Origin: Bacteroidales bacterium
GTDB lineage: Bacteria; Bacteroidota; Bacteroidia; Bacteroidales; Muribaculaceae
NCBI GenBank assembly: GCA_029218425.1
Contig: JAQXRH010000078.1
Location: 7,302 to 71,301 of the forward strand
Direction: 5' to 3'
DNA length: 64,000 bases
Position 1 is the first letter of the stretch. Each line of letters opens with the position of its first letter. Made by a program: the position numbers and the translations under genes. Shown piece by piece: positions 29,900-40,607 of the stretch. The notes under the pieces were generated by a model. The model did not search any database and had not been told where the DNA came from. It saw nothing but the letters and a program-made list of their open reading frames with translations.

Positions 29900-29908
29900 C
29901 GGTCACTT

Positions 29909-30883
29909 ATGTCGTCGATAAAAGAAATACAACAGCTCATCACCCCCGAATTGGAAGCGCTTAACCGATTAATCGCTTCCACGCTTGACTCGCCCAACGA
30001 GTTGATGAACCGTATAGTAGAGAATTATCTACGCACAAAAGGGAAGCAGATACGTCCGATCATGGTGATACTCAGTGCGAAGCTGCTGGGGGAAGTCAAC
30101 GAGAATGTGATCAGGGCGGCCGCTGCTGTAGAATTGCTGCACAATGCTTCGCTGATACACGACGACGTGGTCGACGAGACAAAGATACGGCGCAACACGC
30201 CTACTATCAATGGCATATGGGACAATCATATAGCAGTGTTGGTGGGCGATTTCTTCGTGTCGTCATCGTTGCAACGTGCGATGGCTACGGGCGATTTGCG
30301 CATCATAAACGCGATAGCCCGATTGGGCAAGCTGCTGTCGATAGGGGAGCTTGACCAGATATATTGCGCCCGGTTTCACAACCTTACCGAGCCAGCCTAT
30401 ATGCAGACCATAGAGCGCAAGACCGCATCGCTGTTTATGGCCTGCGTAGAGATGGGTGGATATGCAGTAGGGGCTACGGATGCCGACATAGCGAGCATAA
30501 GCGAGTTTGCGCGGCTATTGGGATTGTGTTTCCAAATCAAGGACGACATTTTCGACTATTACGAAGAGAAGCAGATAGGGAAGCCGACGGGCAACGACTT
30601 GCGCGAAGGGAAGATCACCTTGCCGTTGCTCCACGTGCTTGAGAGCGACAGGTCGGAGCAGCGAGACACGATGTCGGAACTATCGCAGAAAGAAGAGCTG
30701 ACCACCGAAGATATCAACCGCCTAATAAGCTACGCGAAGGAGAACGGCGGCATCGATTATGCCTACGACACGATGGAGAGGCTGAAGGCTCAAGCGACAC
30801 CGATACTCGACAGATTTGCCAACAAGGAAGTGACACGATATTTCGCCGACATCCTCGACTACACTATAAATCGCGATTTATAG
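29909..30883 (+). CDS. ispB: Polyprenyl (octaprenyl-type) diphosphate synthase
   Basis: GKQIRP, HDDVVD, FQIKDDIFD, GNDLREGK. Confidence 0.88.
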   Translation: MSSIKEIQQLITPELEALNRLIASTLDSPNELMNRIVENYLRTKGKQIRPIMVILSAKLLGEVNENVIRAAAAVELLHNASLIHDDVVDETKIRRNTPTINGIWDNHIAVLVGDFFVSSSLQRAMATGDLRIINAIARLGKLLSIGELDQIYCARFHNLTEPAYMQTIERKTASLFMACVEMGGYAVGATDADIASISEFARLLGLCFQIKDDIFDYYEEKQIGKPTGNDLREGKITLPLLHVLESDRSEQRDTMSELSQKEELTTEDINRLISYAKENGGIDYAYDTMERLKAQATPILDRFANKEVTRYFADILDYTINRDL

Positions 30884-31070
30884 AGCGGCCAAAATGGCGC
30901 TCTGCCGAATTGTCCCATAGACAGATGAATTCAGCAACCTAATCCACGGAAATGGGTGGGGCAAGGCCGAAATCGCGCCACACCATAAGAGCCGAATGAG
31001 CCGGCGATTGAACCAAATTCCGACGACAATTGTATAATAATAGTTGTCACATAAATAACAAGACTTGCTA

Positions 31071-33746
31071 ATGGATCAAGAAAAGTATCCCAAAGGGCTG
31101 ACCGATGCCGAGGTGGTCAAGAGCCGTCAACAATATGGCAACAACGTGTTGACCCCGACCAAGAAGAAATCGTTGTTTCTATGCTTTTTGGAGAAATTTC
31201 GCGACCCGCTGATCATCATACTACTCATAGCCGGGGCGTTGTCAATAGGCATCTCAATATATGAATACGTGTGTCTGTCGCAAGAATCCACAGTGTTTTT
31301 CGAGCCGATAGGGATATTCATGGCAATCATACTCGCCACGGGGCTCGCATTCATTTTTGAGGCGAAAGCCGACCGCGAATTTGCGATACTCAACCAAGTG
31401 AACAATGAAGAGCCCGTGAGGGTGATACGCAATGGCAACACCGTAGAGATACCCAAATGCGACGTCGTGGTAGGCGATATCGTCATATTAAACACCGGCG
31501 ACGAAGTGCCCGCCGACGGTCAACTTATTGAGGCCGTCACGCTAACCATGGACGAGTCGACCCTCACGGGAGAGCCATCGTGCCACAAGACCACCAACCC
31601 TGCGAATTTCGATGCCGACGCCACGTATAAAAGCGACTACGTGTTGCGCGGCACGAAAGTGATGGAGGGGCATGGCATCTTCAAGGTCGACAAAGTGGGA
31701 GATGCGACAGAGAACGGGAAAGTGTTCCACGAAGCCCAGATAGACAACTCGGTGAAGACGCCGCTCAACGAGCAGCTCGACCGATTGGGGCGATTGGTGT
31801 CGCGGATGAGCTACATAATAGGCGGACTGATAGTGTGCGGCCGGTGCCTGATGTTCTACCTATCGCCCGAGTTCAATACATTCTGGTCGATGGAATTTGC
31901 GACGTACCTGTTGCAGACGCTGATGATAGCCGTCACGCTTGTGGTGGTATCGGTGCCCGAAGGCTTGCCAATGGCAGTGACTCTATCGCTCGCCTACTCC
32001 ATGCGGAGGATGCTTCGCACCAACAACCTGGTGAGGAAGATGCATGCCTGCGAGACCATGGGAGCCGCCACCGTGATATGCACCGACAAGACCGGCACGC
32101 TGACCCAGAACCGGATGCAGGTTGCCGACATGCAAATCATGGGTGACACGCCACGCGACATTGTCGACGAAGGCATCGCCGTAAACTCCACCGCCACCCT
32201 CGACCACACCGGCGAGCAGCCCAAAGTGCTCGGCAACCCCACAGAGGGGGCACTCCTGCTATGGCTTAATGGCCAGGGCGTAGACTATAAGCGGCTAAGC
32301 GACAGCGCGCCACGCATAGAAGAATTGCCGTTCACTACCGAGCGCAAATTCATGGCCACGATAGTGAAATCGGGCGTGACCCAGCGACGCACCCTCTACG
32401 TCAAAGGCGCCCCCGAGATAGTACTCGGCATGAGCGACAAAGTGGCAGGAAATAAGACGGCAGACAGCATCAACGCCCAACTACTTGAGTACCAACGCCA
32501 AGCGATGCGCACCCTCGGTTTTGCGTACGCGATACTGCCCGACGACGCCCCACTCCCCGACCTTACGCAACTCGCATCGGGGAAACAAGGCATAGGATTG
32601 GAATTTATAGGCATAGCCGCCATCTCCGACCCGGTGCGCACCGACGTGCCCGCCGCCGTCAAGGAGTGTTTGGATGCCGGTATCAGGATAAAGATAGTAA
32701 CTGGCGACACCCCCGCCACCGCGCGAGAGATAGGCCGCCAGATAGGGCTTGTCGACGCTGCCGACGACAGAGACAGCGTAATCACCGGGCCCGAATTTGC
32801 CGCTCTAAGCGACGAGCAGCTCTACGAACGCGTCGACAGCCTCAAGGTGATAGCCCGTGCCCGTCCGACCGACAAGAAACGTCTTGTCGAGACCCTTCAA
32901 CGCCGCAACGAAGTAGTAGCGGTGACCGGCGACGGCACCAACGACGCCCCGGCGCTCAAGGCCGCCCACGTGGGGCTTTCGATGGGCGACGGCACATCGG
33001 TGGCCAAGGAAGCATCCGACATCACCATAATCGACAACTCATTTTCGTCGATTGGGCGCGCCGTGATGTGGGGCCGCTCCCTATATCGCAATATACAACG
33101 CTTCGTGCTGTTCCAGCTTACGGTCAACGTAGTAGCTTGCCTTATAGTGCTATCGGGCGCATTCATGGGCACCGACTCCCCGCTCACCGTGACCCAGATG
33201 CTATGGGTGAACCTTATCATGGACACCTTCGCCGCGATGGCTTTGGCATCGCTACCCCCGTCGCGGTCGGTGATGAAGTCGGCGCCACGCGACAGGAAAT
33301 CGTTCATAATAAGCCGCGAGATGTGGCGGTCGATACTCGGAGTAGGCGGCCTCTTCTTCATAATACTCCTTGCTCTGCTCTACATCTTTGAGCATGCCGA
33401 CATTAACGTCCTCTCCGACATGGCCGACATGCATCTTGGGGCAGATAAGAACCTCTCGCCCTACGAGCTGAGCCTCTTCTTCACCATCTTCGTGTTCCTG
33501 CAGTTCTGGAACATGTTTAACACCCGGGCATTCATGACCGGACGAAGCGCATTGCATCTGAAAGGGTGCGGTGAATTTGAGCTCATAGCGGCAATAATCT
33601 TTGTGGGGCAGATACTCATCATACAGTGCGGCGGCAAATTTTTCAACGTCGTTCCGCTTGCCCTTACCGACTGGCTGATAATACTCGGGGCTACATCGCT
33701 GGTGCTGTGGATAGGCGAACTATCACGCCAGCTCACTAAGCGGTAG
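31071..33746 (+). CDS. Calcium-translocating P-type ATPase (PMCA type)
   Basis: TGE, VPEGLP, DKTGT, TGDGTNDAPALK, QMLWVNLIMD. Confidence 0.92.
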   Translation: MDQEKYPKGLTDAEVVKSRQQYGNNVLTPTKKKSLFLCFLEKFRDPLIIILLIAGALSIGISIYEYVCLSQESTVFFEPIGIFMAIILATGLAFIFEAKADREFAILNQVNNEEPVRVIRNGNTVEIPKCDVVVGDIVILNTGDEVPADGQLIEAVTLTMDESTLTGEPSCHKTTNPANFDADATYKSDYVLRGTKVMEGHGIFKVDKVGDATENGKVFHEAQIDNSVKTPLNEQLDRLGRLVSRMSYIIGGLIVCGRCLMFYLSPEFNTFWSMEFATYLLQTLMIAVTLVVVSVPEGLPMAVTLSLAYSMRRMLRTNNLVRKMHACETMGAATVICTDKTGTLTQNRMQVADMQIMGDTPRDIVDEGIAVNSTATLDHTGEQPKVLGNPTEGALLLWLNGQGVDYKRLSDSAPRIEELPFTTERKFMATIVKSGVTQRRTLYVKGAPEIVLGMSDKVAGNKTADSINAQLLEYQRQAMRTLGFAYAILPDDAPLPDLTQLASGKQGIGLEFIGIAAISDPVRTDVPAAVKECLDAGIRIKIVTGDTPATAREIGRQIGLVDAADDRDSVITGPEFAALSDEQLYERVDSLKVIARARPTDKKRLVETLQRRNEVVAVTGDGTNDAPALKAAHVGLSMGDGTSVAKEASDITIIDNSFSSIGRAVMWGRSLYRNIQRFVLFQLTVNVVACLIVLSGAFMGTDSPLTVTQMLWVNLIMDTFAAMALASLPPSRSVMKSAPRDRKSFIISREMWRSILGVGGLFFIILLALLYIFEHADINVLSDMADMHLGADKNLSPYELSLFFTIFVFLQFWNMFNTRAFMTGRSALHLKGCGEFELIAAIIFVGQILIIQCGGKFFNVVPLALTDWLIILGATSLVLWIGELSRQLTKR

Positions 33747-33793
33747 GCCGCTCTGAGAGTAGCAGCGATGGATACCAGATACCTATGCTGGTG

Positions 33794-34042
33794 TAAATCG
33801 GCGTCGCTCCGGACGCCATTGGATGGGCGAACCGAAGCCCCGCACACCTCGGTCGCTGCGCGCCCTCGGCGTACGGGGCTACTAATAATCGGCGTCACAA
33901 GGACGCCCGGCGTGGGATGGATGTGGAGCGGCGGGCGAGGCTAAAGCCTCTACACGGAACCAAGACGTCGAGGCGTGGCGATGGGCGGGACCGAGGGAGC
34001 GGTGTAAATCGGCGTCGCTCCGGGCATCCGCCGAGGACGCCC
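33794..34042 (+). repeat. REP module A copy 4, module B copy and partial module A, between convergent genes
   Basis: Module A 33794-33907; module B 33934-33975; taaatcggcgtc at 34005. Confidence 0.85.
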
Positions 34043-34066
34043 GGTGTTGGCGTGGCAATTGGGGGA

Positions 34067-34735
34067 TTATAGCTTTAGTAAATCCGACAGATGGTGACGG
34101 AGCCGGGCGGCGACCTCGTCGAGCGAGGGCGCGACGGCACCGGGCGGTAATTCGCGGTAGAGCGACGTCACGCCTTTGTCGGTAAAGCCGCAAGGATTAA
34201 TGGCAGAGAACCAGCTAAGGTCGGTCGACACGTTGAGAGCCAAACCGTGCATGGTGATGAACCGCGAGCAACGCAAACCGATGGCGCATATCTTGCGTTC
34301 GTCGGGACCACCGGCGCCAATCCACACCCCGGTAGCACCGTCGACCCTGCCAGCCACGATGCCAAAATCGTCCAGCGTGCATATCACACCCTCCTCCAGC
34401 AGAGCTACATAGTACTTTACGCCCCAGCCGCGGGATAGCAAATCAATAATCGGGTACACGACAATCTGCCCCGGGCCGTGGAAAGTCACATCGCCGCCGC
34501 GGTCGATTTCAACCACTTCGGCACCGCGTTGGTGCATCCAATCGCGTAGCAGCACATTGCGCGGGTCGGCATGGCGGCCCATGGTGTAGACCGGGCGATG
34601 AGTGACGGTGATAAGATAGTCGTCACCCGTGGGCATGCCCGCTTTACGCAAAGCCACGCGACGGTTGAAGATGTCGTGTTGCAAGTCGAGCACCTCGCGG
34701 TAGGGAGCGTCGCGCAAATCGATAAACCGGGTCAT
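34067..34735 (-). CDS. lipB: Octanoyltransferase
   Basis: HRPVYTMG, RGGDVTFHGPGQ, KICAIG, HGLALN, INPCG. Confidence 0.95.
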   Translation of the reverse strand: MTRFIDLRDAPYREVLDLQHDIFNRRVALRKAGMPTGDDYLITVTHRPVYTMGRHADPRNVLLRDWMHQRGAEVVEIDRGGDVTFHGPGQIVVYPIIDLLSRGWGVKYYVALLEEGVICTLDDFGIVAGRVDGATGVWIGAGGPDERKICAIGLRCSRFITMHGLALNVSTDLSWFSAINPCGFTDKGVTSLYRELPPGAVAPSLDEVAARLRHHLSDLLKL

Positions 34736-34747
34736 GGCAGCAATGTA

Positions 34748-35608
34748 TTATATAATGACATGTCGCTCGGCATGGTAGGATGAGCGCACCAATGGCGCAC
34801 TCTCCACATGCTTAAACCCCTTTGCGAGAGCCGTAATGCGGTACTGCTCGAAGGTGTCGGGGTGGATATACTCGTGCACGGGATAGTGCGATTCAGAAGG
34901 TTGAAGATACTGCCCGATGGTCATGATAGAGCAACCGACGGCTCTCAAATCGTCCATCGTGGCAAGGATTTCATCGGGATGCTCGCCGAGCCCGAGCATA
35001 ATACCGCTTTTAGCGGCGATTCCGGCAGCAGCGACATGTTCGATGACACTGAGGCTGCCGTCGTAGGTGGCATGGCAACGCACCATTGGGGAGAGGCGGC
35101 GCACCGTCTCAAGGTTGTGGGAAATGATCTCCGGCTGCTCGTTGATGACGAGGTCGAGGAGGTCGAGACGCCAATTGAAATCGGGGACGAGAGCTTCGAT
35201 AGTCACCCCCGGGCACTCGTTCTTGACACAACGAATCACCATGGCCCAGTGCCCGGCGCCATAGTCGGGGAGGTCGTCGCGGTCGACCGAAGTCAGCACC
35301 AGGTGCCGGAGATTGAGGTCGCGGACGGCCTCGGCAATAGCATGGCCTTCATCGGGATTTAAAGGCTTCGGGCGGCCGGTGGCCACGTTGCAGAAACGGC
35401 AATTGCGGGTGCAAATATCGCCAGCAATCATGAAAGTGGCAGTGCCGTTGCTCCAGCACTCACCGCGGTTGGGGCAAAGGCCCGACTCGCATATCGAGTG
35501 AAGGCCGCGGCTATTAAGATTGCCGCAGACGCGAGCAGATTTCGCGCCGTGCGGCAATTTTATCCTAAGCCACTCGGGCTTACGGTGATAGTAGTTGTTC
35601 ATTGTCAC
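34748..35608 (-). CDS. lipA: Lipoyl synthase
   Basis: CESGLCPNRGEC, CTRNCRFC, RSSY. Confidence 0.96.
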   Translation of the reverse strand: MTMNNYYHRKPEWLRIKLPHGAKSARVCGNLNSRGLHSICESGLCPNRGECWSNGTATFMIAGDICTRNCRFCNVATGRPKPLNPDEGHAIAEAVRDLNLRHLVLTSVDRDDLPDYGAGHWAMVIRCVKNECPGVTIEALVPDFNWRLDLLDLVINEQPEIISHNLETVRRLSPMVRCHATYDGSLSVIEHVAAAGIAAKSGIMLGLGEHPDEILATMDDLRAVGCSIMTIGQYLQPSESHYPVHEYIHPDTFEQYRITALAKGFKHVESAPLVRSSYHAERHVII

Positions 35609-35644
35609 AAAATTTGTTGTAACAGAGATGGTGACGCAGAGTGA

Positions 35645-38098
35645 TTATTGTCCCATCATCTGCTGGTTGTTGGAGGGGGAAGCATTTCCACCCTGGAGGT
35701 CGTCGTTGACGATGTTGGCAGTTGTCTTCTTAACGGTAGTCTTAACCGAACCGAAACGATAGCTTACGGTGAATATGGCCATGCGGTAGATGCTGAGGTC
35801 GGTGTAGTCGTGGCCGTAAAAGTCGCCGCGGTTTGTCATGGTGCGTTGTTTGATACCGTGGAAAGAGAATGGGTTGAGCAACTGAGCTTTGACCGTCAAT
35901 TTATCTTCTTTGAGGAAAGAGCGTTGCAGCGAGAGACCGTGGAAAAGCGACTTAATGGTATTGGCGTTGAAGGTGTAGACGCTCTGCAAGCGGCCGTAAT
36001 CGTAGGCCAAATAGCCTTCGGCGCGCAGTTTCCAGGGGAGCTGCTGGGTCAATCGGAGATATACGTCAGCGCCCCAGCGGCCATTGCTCACATCAGGTAT
36101 TTTGAGGTAGTTGTAGAACACCGAGCCGTTGAGCATCACAGTAGTTTTGGGAGTCATGCTCCACTGGCCGAACAACGACAGTTCCACTTTGCGGTCGCGT
36201 CCGACGTTGGCGAAAGTGGACGTGGTGAAGTCTTTATCGTCGACCGAGGTGATGGAAGTGATGGTGTTGTTGGCGAAATCGAACGACAACGTAGCGTCGA
36301 TATTGAATTTTTGTTTTATGAGCGAATAGTTGAGTGCGAGGGTGTTGTAGTGAACGCTTTCAAGGTCGGGGTTACCTGACGACATTGAAGTAGGAGTGAT
36401 GGTCTGGGCGGGGTTCAATAAATTGATACCGGGGCGGTTGATGCGGGTGGCATAGGAGAATTTGAGCGAAGAAGCGTCGTTGATGCCGTACATCACCGAA
36501 GCGTTTGGCACCCAGTCGTTGAGCGAGGAGGCGAAATCGGGGTTGCTACCGTCTTTGAATTTGGCAGATAGATGCGAGTACTCGTATCGCAAACCGGCAC
36601 GAGCACTGAGGCTGCCGAGATTGTATCCATAGTCAAAGTAACCGGCACCGATAGTGGTAGTGTGGTCGAAATCGGTGTGTTCATTTTTATAGCCGACATA
36701 TTCGTTGTCGGTAAGCGAGGAGTTGCCACGCGAAATCACTTTTGCGCCGACCGACATTTTGTGGTGCGCACCGAAAGGACGGGTCCAGTCGACTTGGCCG
36801 GTGTGTTCAAGGAACGACAAATCGGCGTCGGAGTTTATACCGGAGTAAGCTGCGGGGAAGTTGTAGGTGTCGTAGTATTCGCTTTCAGAGATAACAGAGT
36901 TCTTGTTGTGCGACACCCGATAAGAGAGAGTGATGATTTCACCTTTGCGACGAGTGGAATGTTGGTAGTTAAAGCTGCCGTGGAAATCGAGATAGCGAGT
37001 GCGTGGCGACCATATTTTGTTATGGAAGCTGTAGATAGGCGTGCCTGCGGGGTCGGACATCGAGGTGAACAATTCGCTACGATTGTGGCTGTTGTAGTAG
37101 AAGCCGCCGAAATCGGCAGTGAAGAGGTTGAGGGAGTCGAGTTCGTAGGAAGCGTCGATGCCAAAGAATGACATATTGGCCATCGACTCGGTGTCGTTGC
37201 GTGATATCTGGTGGTTGCCGGAGTTGACGTAGGTGTGGTCGGAGTAGGTGCCTTGCTTGTGGGCATCATAATCCATGTGTGTACCGCCGCCATAGAGCGA
37301 CAGGGCGAGTTTGCCGATGTTGCCAGTGAGCCAAATGTTGGCCATAGGGGCAGAGTTGCGGGTGCTGAAATTGATTGAAGCGTTGCCCATAATACCGTTC
37401 ATAGAGGTATTGTCGTTGGTGACAATATTGAGGATGGCGCCGACACCTTCAGCATCCTCCTTGGCGCCGGGGTCGGTGATAACTTCAATCTTCTTGATCA
37501 TCGAAGCCGGGATAGCGGAGAAGATATCTTTAGCATTGTTGGTGAAGGCATTGTTGGGGCGTCCATCCTTGTAGATTTTGAAGTTGGAAGAGCCTTTGAT
37601 TTTGATAGTTCCGTCGGCATCGACAGTCACCATAGGCACTTTGCGGAGCACATCCTGCACGGTAGCCGTTTTGGAGTCCTCGTCGGCTTGCACATCGTAG
37701 CCAATACGGTCGATTTCCTTTGTCACCACGGGCTTGCTTGCCACGACTTCGATTTCGCCGAGTTCGGCGGCATTGTCCAGGATGGTCATGGTGCCCAAGT
37801 CGGCCACCTGTGCCGATTTGGCGAGCGCCACTTGCTTGGAGATGGTCTTTTTGCCCACCGACGAGATCACCACGTTGTAGTCGCCGGCGTTTTTGACCGG
37901 GAGGGAGAACGAGCCGTCGTCGTCGGTGATGCCAAGAGCGGCGGCATGGACCGAATCGGCAACGTTGAAGACTCTGACAGTGGCGTAGGCCTCGGGCAGG
38001 CTTTCGGAATCAATGATTTTTCCTTTGATGGTATATGCCGACATGGCAAGAATACAATTTAATGATATGAGCGTGAAAATAGCTCTAAGCGATTTCAT
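35645..38098 (-). CDS. TonB-dependent receptor-like outer-membrane beta-barrel protein
   Basis: Signal peptide; carboxypeptidase-regulatory-like N-domain; LRKVPMVTVD, IKKIEVIT plug; GNPDL; VSYRFG. Confidence 0.8.
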   Translation of the reverse strand: MKSLRAIFTLISLNCILAMSAYTIKGKIIDSESLPEAYATVRVFNVADSVHAAALGITDDDGSFSLPVKNAGDYNVVISSVGKKTISKQVALAKSAQVADLGTMTILDNAAELGEIEVVASKPVVTKEIDRIGYDVQADEDSKTATVQDVLRKVPMVTVDADGTIKIKGSSNFKIYKDGRPNNAFTNNAKDIFSAIPASMIKKIEVITDPGAKEDAEGVGAILNIVTNDNTSMNGIMGNASINFSTRNSAPMANIWLTGNIGKLALSLYGGGTHMDYDAHKQGTYSDHTYVNSGNHQISRNDTESMANMSFFGIDASYELDSLNLFTADFGGFYYNSHNRSELFTSMSDPAGTPIYSFHNKIWSPRTRYLDFHGSFNYQHSTRRKGEIITLSYRVSHNKNSVISESEYYDTYNFPAAYSGINSDADLSFLEHTGQVDWTRPFGAHHKMSVGAKVISRGNSSLTDNEYVGYKNEHTDFDHTTTIGAGYFDYGYNLGSLSARAGLRYEYSHLSAKFKDGSNPDFASSLNDWVPNASVMYGINDASSLKFSYATRINRPGINLLNPAQTITPTSMSSGNPDLESVHYNTLALNYSLIKQKFNIDATLSFDFANNTITSITSVDDKDFTTSTFANVGRDRKVELSLFGQWSMTPKTTVMLNGSVFYNYLKIPDVSNGRWGADVYLRLTQQLPWKLRAEGYLAYDYGRLQSVYTFNANTIKSLFHGLSLQRSFLKEDKLTVKAQLLNPFSFHGIKQRTMTNRGDFYGHDYTDLSIYRMAIFTVSYRFGSVKTTVKKTTANIVNDDLQGGNASPSNNQQMMGQ

Positions 38099-38340
38099 TG
38101 TCTTAATAGATTGTTTTGATTAATAGCAATTTTTAGAAATGTAATGATTGATTTTTGGAAAATCTATTTCTAATACGCACAAGTCGTTGCTTTGTGACAA
38201 CAAAGATAGAATAAAATGCGTTATAACACAGTTATAATAGTGTTTTTATTACTTAAATAGGCTAAAACTCAAGAATATTTTCGCTAATTTTGCGTAATTA
38301 ACCCAATGGAAACCCCACGACACAATAAAAAGAGAATAAA

Positions 38341-38784
38341 ATGGAAACTATAAAAGTCAAAATAATCAACCGTTCGCACCACGCATTGCCCGCCTACGCC
38401 ACCGAAGGCTCGGCCGGGATGGACATACGCGCCTATGTGAAGCACCCCATCGTGCTCCAGCCCCTTGAGCGCGTCTTAGTGCCGACAGGTCTCTACATAG
38501 AGTTGCCCATAGGCTATGAGTGCCAGATACGGCCGCGCTCGGGCCTCGCCCTCAAGCATGGCATCACCATAGCCAACTCTCCGGGGACCGTTGACTCCGA
38601 CTACCGCGGCGAGATAGGCATCATCGTCATAAACCTGTCGAAAGAGCCCTACGTCATCAAGGACGGCGAACGCATCTGCCAGATGGTCATCGCGCCCTAC
38701 CAACGAGTGGAATGGGACCAAGTAGACGTCCTCGACGACACCGACCGCGGCGACGGCGGCTTCGGGCACTCCGGCACCCTATAG
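38341..38784 (+). CDS. dut: dUTP diphosphatase
   Basis: [31 protein letters not shown]. Confidence 0.97.
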   Translation: METIKVKIINRSHHALPAYATEGSAGMDIRAYVKHPIVLQPLERVLVPTGLYIELPIGYECQIRPRSGLALKHGITIANSPGTVDSDYRGEIGIIVINLSKEPYVIKDGERICQMVIAPYQRVEWDQVDVLDDTDRGDGGFGHSGTL

Positions 38785-38825
38785 CGGCACATATAACAAC
38801 ACCAGCTGTCAACTAACAACACACT

Positions 38826-40607
38826 ATGAAGCATCTAAATCGCACCCTCACCGTAGCCATAGCGGCCATCAGCATCGGGTTCTCAATCTTCGCCCGCAAT
38901 AACGATGACGACCGCTGGGAGCAGAGCGCGCAACAGCGCAAAGCAGAATATATCTACTGCGAAGCGCAACGTCAATCGGCACTCGACAACAAGGGCGCCA
39001 CTTACGAGCTATACCGCCGCGCCAACCTCCTCGACTCCACCAATACCGACTACTACGTGGAGTTGGGGTTCAACTATATCTACATGGCCAATCGCGACAT
39101 GTCGTTGGTAAATGAAGGCATCGACCTCTTCCGCAAGAAATTTGAGGCCGACCCCTCCGACGTTGTCAACAATTACTATTACAGCCAGATGCTCAACAAT
39201 ATAGGCGACAGCATACGGCGCATAGAAGTGCTCCACACGGCCGACTCACTCAACCCCACACGAAGCGATGTTGCCATCTCTTATATTGATGCTCTCATCG
39301 GCAGCAATGACACCGCCATGGCACGGCGAGCCCTCGACCGCATCAACCGGCTCGAGGTAGCCAACGGCAAAGACATGGAGATAACACGTCGCAAAACGGC
39401 TATATATCATTTTTTCAACGACACTGCCAGCGCGCTCAACGAGATCCACAGCTCCATCAAAGCCTCGCCCCTCAATCCCGAATGCTACATATTCGCCGGA
39501 GTATACTTCAACATCATAAACTCCCCCGACTCAGCTCTCGCATACTATAAGAAAGCCTGCGCCGTGGCTCCCGAAAGCGGCGGAGCAGCCTTCGAGCTCG
39601 CTCAATATTACAAAAACATCGGCGACACCATAGGATATTCCCGCGAAATTGACCGAGCACTGCTCGAAACCGACCTTGACATAGACTCTAAGTATGATAT
39701 ACTACTTGACTATACTCGCGACCTTATCAACGACTCCACCTACCTGCCCGAGGTCAACGCAATGTTCAACCGCGTCATTGAAAAAAATCCGCAGGAGCCT
39801 TCCATCCGCAATCTATACTCTGAATTCCTATCCGCTCAGAACGATTACGCCGGTGCCGCCGAACAGATGATACCCGTGCTCGACCTCCAGCCCGACGACA
39901 GCAACAATTGGATACGCACCGCCGTACTATATATGCAGGTAGCCGACTATGCCCATGCTAAAGAAATACTGACCCGCGCCCTGCGCTACCACGACGGCGA
40001 TGCCACCGTGCACAGTGTACTCTCAACAGCACTCTACTTGCCCGAGGACGACACCAAGGATGTGGACGGCGCTATCGCCGAAATGCATCGCGCTTACCAA
40101 CTTACCGACTCCTCCGACATCGAAACGCTTTCGGAACGCCTCACCAGCATCGGCGACTTATATTATAGCATTGAGAATAACGACAGCGCAAATGTTTACT
40201 ACCGCCGCGCCATCGACCTCTATCCCGCCAATATCATGGCTAAAAACAACTTCGCCTACCATTTGTCGGAAGTGGAAACAAACCCCGAGCTACTTGCCGA
40301 AGCCGAAGCCCTCAGCCGCGAGACCATCACCGCCGAGCCCGACAACGCAATATACTTGGACACCTACGCCTGGATATTGTTCAAGCAACAAGACTACAAA
40401 CGAGCCAAAAGCTATATCGACCGCGCATTGGACCATGCCGACGAGGAGACATTGTCGGTAGACTACTATATACATGCCGGCGACATCTACTTCTGGAACC
40501 AGCTCATCGACCGCGCCGTCGAATTTTGGACTACGGCTCTTGAACTCGACCCCGACGACGACCTCTTGCAACGCAAAGTGAAATACAAGACCTATTTCAA
40601 GGAATGA
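38826..40607 (+). CDS. Exported tetratricopeptide-repeat protein
   Basis: Signal peptide; NNFAY, YLDTYAWILF, HAGDIY TPR motifs. Confidence 0.85.
   Translation: MKHLNRTLTVAIAAISIGFSIFARNNDDDRWEQSAQQRKAEYIYCEAQRQSALDNKGATYELYRRANLLDSTNTDYYVELGFNYIYMANRDMSLVNEGIDLFRKKFEADPSDVVNNYYYSQMLNNIGDSIRRIEVLHTADSLNPTRSDVAISYIDALIGSNDTAMARRALDRINRLEVANGKDMEITRRKTAIYHFFNDTASALNEIHSSIKASPLNPECYIFAGVYFNIINSPDSALAYYKKACAVAPESGGAAFELAQYYKNIGDTIGYSREIDRALLETDLDIDSKYDILLDYTRDLINDSTYLPEVNAMFNRVIEKNPQEPSIRNLYSEFLSAQNDYAGAAEQMIPVLDLQPDDSNNWIRTAVLYMQVADYAHAKEILTRALRYHDGDATVHSVLSTALYLPEDDTKDVDGAIAEMHRAYQLTDSSDIETLSERLTSIGDLYYSIENNDSANVYYRRAIDLYPANIMAKNNFAYHLSEVETNPELLAEAEALSRETITAEPDNAIYLDTYAWILFKQQDYKRAKSYIDRALDHADEETLSVDYYIHAGDIYFWNQLIDRAVEFWTTALELDPDDDLLQRKVKYKTYFKE

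Noticed and set aside
29629-29997. N-terminal extension of the ECF sigma ORF to 294 aa
   Set aside because: Runs through the promoter region and overlaps ispB; sigma homology starts at MKAMKEE
30884-31070. yybP-ykoY riboswitch before the P-type ATPase
   Set aside because: GGGGAGTA and other conserved motifs not found
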